Shown here: one piece after another, positions 57,155-64,000 of the stretch | How the letters are laid out: each line of letters begins with the position of its first letter | How positions within the stretch are numbered: the first letter of the stretch is position 1 | DNA from: an uncultured bacterium | GTDB lineage: Bacteria > UBP7 > UBA6624 | Reading direction: 5' to 3' | Length of the DNA: 64,000 nt | Assembly: GCA_964012435.1 (NCBI GenBank) | Contig: CAXGSM010000001.1 | Coordinates: forward strand, 95,414 to 159,413 | Made by a program: the position numbers and the translations under genes | The notes under the pieces: generated by a model | Databases searched by the model: none | What the model was told of the DNA's origin: nothing | The model's input: the letters and a program-made list of their open reading frames with translations, nothing else

Positions 57155-57570
57155 AATTTTTTTTCATAGAGGTTCAAAAAAGCAAGAGCTGCTTCAGATC
57201 CCTTGTTGCCTTTCTTCCCTCCGGCCCGCTCTTTTGCCTGCTCGATATTCTTTGTTGTCAATATCCCCATACTTATTAGGGCTCCATAATGAACTTGAAG
57301 ACTAGCTAGTCCATTAAATATTGAGTTACAGAGGAAATCGTAATGGTCAGTTTCCCCTTTCACTATCGCTCCAATTGTTATTATGGCAATATCTTCAGGA
57401 AAGCTTGCGTCTTTCAGGATTTTCGAAGCAAGGGAAAGTATTTCCCAGGATCCAGAAACTTCAAGGTGGCTAAATTTTAAGTTTTTTGAGTCAAGAACGC
57501 TTTTTGCACCTTGGAAAAGAGAATCGGTGATGTCTTTGTTGAAGCTTGATTGAATGATTACTATTTTCAT
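57151..57570 (-). CDS. ribH: 6,7-dimethyl-8-ribityllumazine synthase
   Basis: 139 aa. Lumazine synthase fold blocks (VSGSWEI, GAIVKGETDHYDF, NKGSEAALA). Part of the rib operon. Confidence 0.85.
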   Translation of the reverse strand: MKIVIIQSSFNKDITDSLFQGAKSVLDSKNLKFSHLEVSGSWEILSLASKILKDASFPEDIAIITIGAIVKGETDHYDFLCNSIFNGLASLQVHYGALISMGILTTKNIEQAKERAGGKKGNKGSEAALAFLNLYEKKL

Positions 57571-58607
57571 ATTTTTATTTCTTTTGTCGACTCTATTTGT
57601 AAATCAAAACCCTCTAATGCAATGATGTTTCTCTTGTTGTTTGTAATTATTTTCATCTCTCCAACACCACATGCTTTAAGTATCTGCGCACCTATTCCAT
57701 AGGATCTAAAATCCATCTCATTTTCTTCTTTCGATTGGTTTGTATTTGAGCCAAGAAGAACAAGAATCCCCCTTTCCGCATTGCATATCATTTCCATTGC
57801 TAGATTCAATCTTTTTTCAGAATTTGAACTAATATCCTTTTCTGAATGAACCCTTACAAGCGTTTCTTTTTCGCTTGAAATATCTCCTTTCACAAATGCA
57901 AAATGTGTTTCATTTGTATTTTTAGATTTAAAAATAAACATTTGCATATTGTTTTGATCAGGCAATTTAATTTTATTTTTAAGGAATATATTTGGTCTTT
58001 TTTTCAACAGGTAGGAAATTAAATCAGCTATTGTGATTAAGGGTATATTGTGTTTTTTTGCGAACTTCTTAAGAGAGGGCATTCTCATCATCTCGCCATC
58101 GTCTTCAAGTATCTCACATATAACACCTGCTTTTGGTAAGCCTGCAAGCTCACAAAGGTCTATAGATGCCTCGGTGTGCCCTGCCCTTGAGAGTACACCA
58201 CCGTCTCTAGCTCTTAGTGGGAATATATGACCTGGTTGCCTAAAGTCATTTGGGCCTTTTAAAGGGTCGATTAGTTGCATGATCGTTTTTGACCTTTCAA
58301 AAGAACTTATTCCAGTAGTTATCCCTTCTATCGCATCAACAGAAACGGTAAATGCTGTCCCATGAGGGTCCATATTGTTTCTTGTCATGGCGGCTAACCC
58401 TAATTGATCAAGCCTTTCTCCAGTCATAGGAACACATATAAGGCCTCTTGCCTCTTTTGTCATGAAGTTTATGTTTTTTGGACTTGCATGTATTGCTGCA
58501 CATATAAGGTCGCCTTCATTCTCTCTATCTTCACTGTCTGCAACAACTACCATGCCTCCACTCTGAAGCATCTTTATCGCTTGTTCAATACTTTTCATCG
58601 TTACCAT
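57567..58607 (-). CDS. ribB: 3,4-dihydroxy-2-butanone-4-phosphate synthase fused to a degenerate GTP cyclohydrolase II-like domain (RibBX type)
   Basis: 346 aa. The RibB part is intact (DRENEGDLI, GHIFPL, RAGHTEAS). The C-terminal domain keeps RVHSE but lacks the Cys ligands of HSEC...RCDCG and the EGR block. Confidence 0.8.
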   Translation of the reverse strand: MVTMKSIEQAIKMLQSGGMVVVADSEDRENEGDLICAAIHASPKNINFMTKEARGLICVPMTGERLDQLGLAAMTRNNMDPHGTAFTVSVDAIEGITTGISSFERSKTIMQLIDPLKGPNDFRQPGHIFPLRARDGGVLSRAGHTEASIDLCELAGLPKAGVICEILEDDGEMMRMPSLKKFAKKHNIPLITIADLISYLLKKRPNIFLKNKIKLPDQNNMQMFIFKSKNTNETHFAFVKGDISSEKETLVRVHSEKDISSNSEKRLNLAMEMICNAERGILVLLGSNTNQSKEENEMDFRSYGIGAQILKACGVGEMKIITNNKRNIIALEGFDLQIESTKEIKI

Positions 58608-59182
58608 TTTCCTAATGAGTATCTGGAAATTACGTCAATTTCTAAATTGACAAAATCTCCAGCTGACATAGATTCTATATTTGTTCTTTTCAGGGTTTCC
58701 TCAATTAGGTAAATTTTTATTTTTTGTTTCTTTTTCTCAGCAATGGTTAAACTTATTCCAGAAACTGAAATACTTCCTTTTTCTGAAATGAAACAATCTA
58801 AATTTTCAGGATATTCAATTGTCCAAATTGAACTTAATTTATCGATTTTTTCAATTTTAGAAATAGTTCCAATACCATCCACATGACCTAAAACTATATG
58901 GCCACCCATAGCTTCACCTAACTTTAAAGCTCTCTCCCAGTTTATTACTTTTCCTTTGCACTTATTGTCAAAAGCTGTTTTTAGAATCGTTTCTTTAGAA
59001 AGGTTGAAAGATGCAGTATTATTTTTGTATTGATTTAAGGTCAAACACACTCCATCAATTGCAATAGATTCTCCAATTTCTGGGTCTTGGAACCCGTTAA
59101 GCTCAACATGAAGAATAATAGATTCTCCAATCGCTTCGACCTCTTTGATTAATCCTTTGTCTTTAATTATTCCTGTGAACAT
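58601..59182 (-). CDS. ribE: riboflavin synthase
   Basis: 193 aa starting MFTGII. Contains the duplicated lumazine-binding repeats (GESIAIDGVCLT and GSISVSGISLT). Confidence 0.9.
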   Translation of the reverse strand: MFTGIIKDKGLIKEVEAIGESIILHVELNGFQDPEIGESIAIDGVCLTLNQYKNNTASFNLSKETILKTAFDNKCKGKVINWERALKLGEAMGGHIVLGHVDGIGTISKIEKIDKLSSIWTIEYPENLDCFISEKGSISVSGISLTIAEKKKQKIKIYLIEETLKRTNIESMSAGDFVNLEIDVISRYSLGKW

Positions 59183-60215
59183 TTGTTAAGTATCCTTCTA
59201 CCTTTACATCTTCGCCAATTTTTGTAATCCCAACATCGGAAAGCTTTCTTGAATCTGATAAAGTTTTCCATTCAGCGGGAGAGAAACCCAATCCTTTAGA
59301 CCCTATTAATTTTGGAGAAATATAAGTCACTATTTTATCTGCAAGATTGTCTTTAATTAATTCTGAAGAGAGTTTCCCTCCTTCGCATAAAACAGATTGA
59401 ACTCCATCCTTTCTCAAAAGTTCCAAAAGGTTTTTTAAATTTTTTGCTTCTAGGTATTTAATTTTTTTGTTTAATTTATTTTTTGCCCCACCCCAAATGT
59501 AAATTTTTCCATTTTTGAACATTCTGGAGCTTTCTTTTACCTTGTTTTTTCTATCTATCAGAATTTTTTTCCAGCTTTCAGGTCTTAAACTTCTATTCAA
59601 AACAGGATTATCTTTAGATGCGGTTCCTGACCCAACAAGAATGGCATCGTATCTGTTTCTCATTTTTTTGCCGTCAGATCTTGATTTTTTAGAGGTTATC
59701 CATTGTGAGGTCCCATCACAAGCAGCTACCTTTCCATCTAGGGATATCGCAACCTTGATGGTTACTGAGGCTCTATTTTTTTTAATTCCAGTTAGGTAGC
59801 TATAGTTCAATAACCTTGATTCATGCTCAAGGCAGCCTTGATGGACTTTTATTCCAGCCTGCTTAAGTTTTTTTAAACCTTGCCCATTAACTTCTTTGTT
59901 TGGGTCTTTCATTCCGATGAAAACCGTTTTGACTTTTCTTTTTATTATCTCATCGACGCATGGAGGTGTTTTTCCATGGTGGCAGCATGGTTCAAGGTTG
60001 ACATAAAGTGTTAACCCTTGTTCTTTTGTTTTGTTTAAAGCGTCTATTTCAGCATGTTTTTTACCATATGATGAATGGTAGCCCTTCGCAATAATTTCAT
60101 TATTTTTAACCAAAACGCAACCAACAAGGGGGTTTGTTTTTGTTCTGCCTTTACCTTTTTTGGCAATCCTTATTGCCTCAAGCATGAATTCTTTATCTTT
60201 TTTTTGAAATTCCAA
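59163..60215 (-). CDS. ribD: bifunctional diaminohydroxyphosphoribosylaminopyrimidine deaminase / 5-amino-6-(5-phosphoribosylamino)uracil reductase
   Basis: 350 aa. Deaminase zinc motifs HAE and PCCHHGKTPPC. The reductase domain has DGKVA and LCEGGG-like blocks. Confidence 0.9.
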   Translation of the reverse strand: MEFQKKDKEFMLEAIRIAKKGKGRTKTNPLVGCVLVKNNEIIAKGYHSSYGKKHAEIDALNKTKEQGLTLYVNLEPCCHHGKTPPCVDEIIKRKVKTVFIGMKDPNKEVNGQGLKKLKQAGIKVHQGCLEHESRLLNYSYLTGIKKNRASVTIKVAISLDGKVAACDGTSQWITSKKSRSDGKKMRNRYDAILVGSGTASKDNPVLNRSLRPESWKKILIDRKNKVKESSRMFKNGKIYIWGGAKNKLNKKIKYLEAKNLKNLLELLRKDGVQSVLCEGGKLSSELIKDNLADKIVTYISPKLIGSKGLGFSPAEWKTLSDSRKLSDVGITKIGEDVKVEGYLTNVHRNN

Positions 60216-60218
60216 TTT

Positions 60219-62201
60219 TTAAATCCCGCTTTTTTTAAGCTCCTCTTTAAAGAGTTCAAATGCTTGGTTTATCTCAGAATCTTTATAGGATTTTTTACCA
60301 CTTCCAATAATTAATCTCCATGTTAGGTTCCAGTTTTCCTTTTTTTTGTAAACATCAAATAAGTAAATTTCATGAATTAAATCTATTTGAATTTTTGAAA
60401 TAACTGAGGTTAATTTTTTAATCTCACTTGAACTTTTTGTATTGATTGTTAGATCCCTGTATGAAAATTTATGGCTTGGTAAGGCTCTTGCTTGTTGTTT
60501 TGGCATTGGCCACAACACTTTCAATTCAAGTTCACAAGACCACACCAGCTCTTTTTTGCTGCCTATCTCTATCTCAAAAGCTCCCAATAGGCCTTGAAAT
60601 ATTTTTGTTTCTATCTTTAATGCAGAAGAGTCCAAAAAGTAATCATCCTCTATATCGAAATAAAAAACTTCAGTGTTCCATTTTTGAGCAATGTTTTCAA
60701 GTATTGTTTTGACAAACCTTGCCCCACCTTCTTCCTCAGGAACGAGTAACCCTAAGTGTAATTTTTCCCCACTTTTGCTAAAAACTTTTCCAACTTCAAA
60801 GCTCCAATTAGATTGAAAATCTTTTTTCCTTGAATCTTCATGGCCTTTTAGCAAGCATGCTGATATTGAGTTCCTAAGAAAGGCTTTTTCTTTAGATCGG
60901 GGATTTAATATTTTTACTGGTTTCTTTTTTAGAGCTGACGTTCCAAGCAGTGTTAGTTCTTCAGAGACAAGGCTTGATCTAATTTCCTGCCTGCCTCCAA
61001 ATGACAAAAGAGCATCTATAAGAAATTCTTCTAATTGAAAAATATCATCAATTTTTGAAGTTTTAATTTCAATTTTTGGAAGTGTCTCCTTGAGGTCTGT
61101 ATACCCATAAACCCTTATAACTTCTTCAACAAGGTCTTCAGGGATAGATAAATCAGTTCTATAGGATGGGACAAGCCATTCACCTTTTCTTAAGCCTTTT
61201 TTCCTTTTTACTTTCCAAGATTCATTCCACCGACCCTCTCTATCTTTTGAAACCTGTTTGATGCCCAGGCTATCCAAGATTTGAATCACTCTTTCTTCCG
61301 GTATATTCATTCCTAGCCTTTTGTTGATCTCAGAAGCTTTAATCGTTATTAAATGATCTTCTAGACTTTCTTCAATCAGGCTTGCAGAATGAATTTCATT
61401 TGTCCAACCTAAATGATCAAGCCACCATAGGTATCTTTTTGCAGCCAAAAGAAAGCCTCTTGGATCAACTATTCTTTGAAACCTGTAGGACGAATCTGTT
61501 GAAAGGTTTAATCTGTTTGCAGTTTGTCTTGTCGAAGAGTTTTTGAAACAAGCAGCTTCTAATAAAAATTCAGAATCCGAAACCTCAGAAGAGCCTTTTT
61601 TCGAACCGATTATTCCAGCGAGAGCTAAAGGTTCATTTGAGCTATTCTGAACAAGAAGATCTCCAGCTTCAACCTTATAGACTTTTTCATCAAGGGCATT
61701 AAATTTAATTTTCTTTTTAGCCCCTGTAATCTTTACCCCATCATTCATTACATTAAATGGAAACAGATGTAAAGGTTGCCCTATTTCAAACAATACATAA
61801 TTTGTTAAATCAACAAGAGGGTTTATAGGATTCCTCCCCATAAGCTTAAGCATTTTTTCAATATGAGCATTTTTTTGAGATTTAATTTTTAGATGTACGC
61901 CCAGATAGGATTGACAGTTTTTACTTTCTATTTTTATGGGATATTTATTCTCTATTGGGAAATCTTTCAAATTTAATTTGTTTATTTTTAAGTCTTTTGC
62001 AGTTGCAAACTCTCTTGCTAAACCATAAATTGAAAGAACATCAGTTCTGTTGCTAGGGGTGCTTAGATCTAAAACCTTTTCACCGTCTATTTCAAGAATT
62101 TCTTCACATTCAAAACCTATTTCCGTAAATATGTCAGCTATTTCCTGTGTTGAATAGCTGCACTGTATGAATGTCTTTAACCAGCATATTGGAAGGCGCA
62201 T
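60219..62201 (-). CDS. pheT: phenylalanine--tRNA ligase subunit beta, short form lacking the N-terminal tRNA-binding (OB) domain
   Basis: 660 aa. The N-terminus MRLPICWLKTF...GFECEEI runs directly into the TPSNRTDVLSIYGLAREFA (B3/4) block. B5 and C-terminal FDX-ACB-like domains are present. Confidence 0.85.
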   Translation of the reverse strand: MRLPICWLKTFIQCSYSTQEIADIFTEIGFECEEILEIDGEKVLDLSTPSNRTDVLSIYGLAREFATAKDLKINKLNLKDFPIENKYPIKIESKNCQSYLGVHLKIKSQKNAHIEKMLKLMGRNPINPLVDLTNYVLFEIGQPLHLFPFNVMNDGVKITGAKKKIKFNALDEKVYKVEAGDLLVQNSSNEPLALAGIIGSKKGSSEVSDSEFLLEAACFKNSSTRQTANRLNLSTDSSYRFQRIVDPRGFLLAAKRYLWWLDHLGWTNEIHSASLIEESLEDHLITIKASEINKRLGMNIPEERVIQILDSLGIKQVSKDREGRWNESWKVKRKKGLRKGEWLVPSYRTDLSIPEDLVEEVIRVYGYTDLKETLPKIEIKTSKIDDIFQLEEFLIDALLSFGGRQEIRSSLVSEELTLLGTSALKKKPVKILNPRSKEKAFLRNSISACLLKGHEDSRKKDFQSNWSFEVGKVFSKSGEKLHLGLLVPEEEGGARFVKTILENIAQKWNTEVFYFDIEDDYFLDSSALKIETKIFQGLLGAFEIEIGSKKELVWSCELELKVLWPMPKQQARALPSHKFSYRDLTINTKSSSEIKKLTSVISKIQIDLIHEIYLFDVYKKKENWNLTWRLIIGSGKKSYKDSEINQAFELFKEELKKSGI

Positions 62202-62213
62202 AAGTTGTTTATT

Positions 62214-62378
62214 CTATCTTCCAAGCGTCACTGTGTCTTTGCCACCAGGCTTTCGTTCAAGGTTTTCAACATCCATAACTTGCCCGATTTTTTCGGAATT
62301 ATTAAAATTCAATTGCATCTTGTAAGAAAAAGCAGCAACCAAAAAAATTAAAACAAAAATATAAATTCTTTTCTTCAT
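62214..62378 (-). CDS. small hypothetical membrane/secreted protein (54 aa)
   Basis: Not in the supplied ORF track because it is under 60 aa. Sequence: MKKRIYIFVLIFLVAAFSYKMQLNFNNSEKIGQVMDVENLERKPGGKDTVTLGR. AAGGTGA lies 5 nt upstream of the ATG. N-terminal hydrophobic helix. Confidence 0.4.
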   Translation of the reverse strand: MKKRIYIFVLIFLVAAFSYKMQLNFNNSEKIGQVMDVENLERKPGGKDTVTLGR

Positions 62379-62389
62379 AATATCACCTT

Positions 62390-64000
62390 TTATTTTGTAT
62401 CAACAATAACCTCATCAATTTGCCAACCAGCACCAATTACACCATCAAAATTACCATCAGCATCTAAAGTTTGATCGTCTTCTCCCCAAAAAATGAAACA
62501 AACATATTTGCCTCTAAATGGACTGAGATCAATAACTCTTTGGCTGCTTCCTTCACCACTTGCAAAAGTATCTCCACCGCTAACACTGTGCATATAAACA
62601 TTTCCACCTGCATAGCAATCGCTTATCTGGCTGTCGCTCCATCTGACAACTATGCCAAAAGTGCTTGGCTGAGGGGTTTCATAAAGCTCATTAAACAATA
62701 ATCTTGTCCACCCTCCTTCTGAAACAAAATAACCATTTGCTCCACTAGTATCTCCTGGGGTGCCAGGATATGTTATCTGTAATGCGCCATCGTCATAAAC
62801 CCAACCGTCAAGATAGTTCCCGACACTAAAGGTTGGATTCGTTATCCACATTTTGCAGTCAAGATCACCATCATCACCCGGTATAACTCTCCACCACTGC
62901 GTGCAGTCATCTGTATCATCAGCAGTACCTTCTATGCCATCAGGGCCTGCGCAACTCTTCACCCATGTACCTTGTTCTGTCCAGTCATTCTGGTCAAAAC
63001 AACTTGCTCCATCGCCAGGAAAAGGTTCATAGAATAAAGTTTTCGTGAAGTCAGGCTGTTCTACAAGTTGTATATTGTCAAAAATAAAACCAGTATCGAC
63101 ATTAGCATCATTTGTTCTTTGCGCTAAACCAAAACAGATATTTGAATTCCCCGCAAATTGACTGAAGTCAAGATAAAGATATGTCCAATCAGTTGTATCA
63201 AGTGATGGATTCAAATCGCCATTATCGTTAAATATTGGTGTTTGTGAGTTCCATGAACCAGTCATGCAGTCATTGGAAATTGAATCAGTGCTTACCCAAA
63301 GTGCAATGTTTTCAAAATCTAAATCCGGCCTATTTAATTGATGTGCTAAAACTAATGCTGGATTATTTATGCCTGAAAGATCTAAAGGCTGCGCAGTTAT
63401 GAAAACAGAATCTTGACTATTGTCATAATTTTGAGTACTTGTATTCCATGCAGCTATCCATGACTGACCAGAATATGAAGCATTCAGAGTTGAACTTGAC
63501 CAAACCTGGAAAAAGGTGGTGTCTGTTCCATCAAATGTTGTTGATGTCCAGTTGCCAGTTCCAGCTACTGCATCATAAAGAACATCACCTTCAAAATTGT
63601 CATACATATAAGTTGGGTATGTGAGGGATGTTTCCGGCAATGTTACAGTTCCTTTTGATCCATCATCCGCAACAGCTTCAACAGCGTAACAATACTTTGA
63701 ATTTAAAGCAAGACTGTCTAAAACAATTCCACATTTTCCATCAGAGCAATCAACAGTCTCTTGGCTGCTGTTGTATGACCCACTATCAATTGCTGGACAT
63801 TCTGATTTGCTACCATTTGAAGAAGCGTTTGTTGCCCAAGTGTAGACTAAATACTCACATTGTCCACTTGATGGACCTGTAGAGCTGCAATGAGATTGTT
63901 CATAATCCAAATAACCATCATTCCAGTCAAGATCGACATCTGTTACAGCCTGAGAGTTAAAGAAGGAGCCTTCCATGCTTGGGCCAGCAAGCAAATTAGA
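62390..64000 (-). CDS. large secreted/surface protein, C-terminal part (N-terminus beyond the window)
   Basis: The frame is open to the 3' window edge. Asp/Thr/Ser/Trp/Asn-rich with paired Cys. One FN3-like segment (YCYAVEAVADDGSKG). Two jelly-roll-like modules end FIFDNIQLVE and GWQIDEVIVD, as in MAM/choice-of-anchor-type domains. Confidence 0.6.
   Translation of the reverse strand, partial: SNLLAGPSMEGSFFNSQAVTDVDLDWNDGYLDYEQSHCSSTGPSSGQCEYLVYTWATNASSNGSKSECPAIDSGSYNSSQETVDCSDGKCGIVLDSLALNSKYCYAVEAVADDGSKGTVTLPETSLTYPTYMYDNFEGDVLYDAVAGTGNWTSTTFDGTDTTFFQVWSSSTLNASYSGQSWIAAWNTSTQNYDNSQDSVFITAQPLDLSGINNPALVLAHQLNRPDLDFENIALWVSTDSISNDCMTGSWNSQTPIFNDNGDLNPSLDTTDWTYLYLDFSQFAGNSNICFGLAQRTNDANVDTGFIFDNIQLVEQPDFTKTLFYEPFPGDGASCFDQNDWTEQGTWVKSCAGPDGIEGTADDTDDCTQWWRVIPGDDGDLDCKMWITNPTFSVGNYLDGWVYDDGALQITYPGTPGDTSGANGYFVSEGGWTRLLFNELYETPQPSTFGIVVRWSDSQISDCYAGGNVYMHSVSGGDTFASGEGSSQRVIDLSPFRGKYVCFIFWGEDDQTLDADGNFDGVIGAGWQIDEVIVDTK

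Noticed and set aside
62842-62850. A perfect DnaA-box consensus, TTATCCACA.
   Set aside because: It is a single occurrence inside the coding sequence of the surface protein. There is no cluster of boxes, no AT-rich unwinding element and no dnaA or dnaN nearby. It is most likely chance.
1-64000. Searched by eye for CRISPR arrays, IS elements or inverted terminal repeats, rRNA genes, and recoded stop codons (alternative genetic code).
   Set aside because: I found no regularly spaced repeats and no transposase or integrase ORFs. No spacer is longer than about 125 nt. TGA, TAA and TAG all terminate well-conserved proteins at the expected lengths, and ATGA overlaps are frequent, so the standard code applies.

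Overview
AT-rich (about one-third G+C by eye, not computed), very gene-dense stretch of a bacterial chromosome. The host is a diderm: MurJ/MurG, KdsD, Mla and MacAB-type genes are present. It uses the standard genetic code, since TGA is used as a stop and many gene junctions are ATGA overlaps. I call about 72 protein genes and 2 tRNAs. Nearly all are housekeeping:
- panBCD, kdsD and cell-wall genes
- a MacAB-like efflux trio
- dnaG-rho-hpt-guaA-guaB3 and dnaE
- a three-subunit molybdenum hydroxylase with its maturation genes
- mlaFED-yebC-rusA
- pheS, then folate and NAD genes (folC, glyA, folK, nadC, nadA, nadK)
- pheT-ribD-ribE-ribBX-ribH-birA

I saw no CRISPR array, IS element or transposase, integrase, prophage block, or recognisable defence or toxin-antitoxin genes. 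I therefore cannot point to a clear novel multi-gene system, and the window reads as core genome of a streamlined organism.

The items most worth a second look:
1. The molybdenum hydroxylase has a four-Cys insertion in its FAD subunit, which puts it in the 4-hydroxybenzoyl-CoA reductase/PaoB-like subclass.
2. A perfect 20-bp tandem repeat duplicates that operon's start codon and creates a 7-codon uORF.
3. A 462-aa long MlaD ends in a beta-strand-rich tail with an OMP-like terminal Phe signal.
4. A RusA-type resolvase is translationally coupled to yebC, where ruvC normally sits.
5. A GuaB3-type IMPDH lacking CBS domains is coupled to guaA.
6. The rib operon has a degenerate RibBX and no room for an FMN riboswitch.
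7. Six of the seven direct convergent CDS-CDS junctions overlap at their 3' ends.
8. One isolated GC-rich hairpin lies 3 nt upstream of the DAHP synthase start.

All family assignments come from motifs I recognised by eye in the supplied translations. No database search was run.
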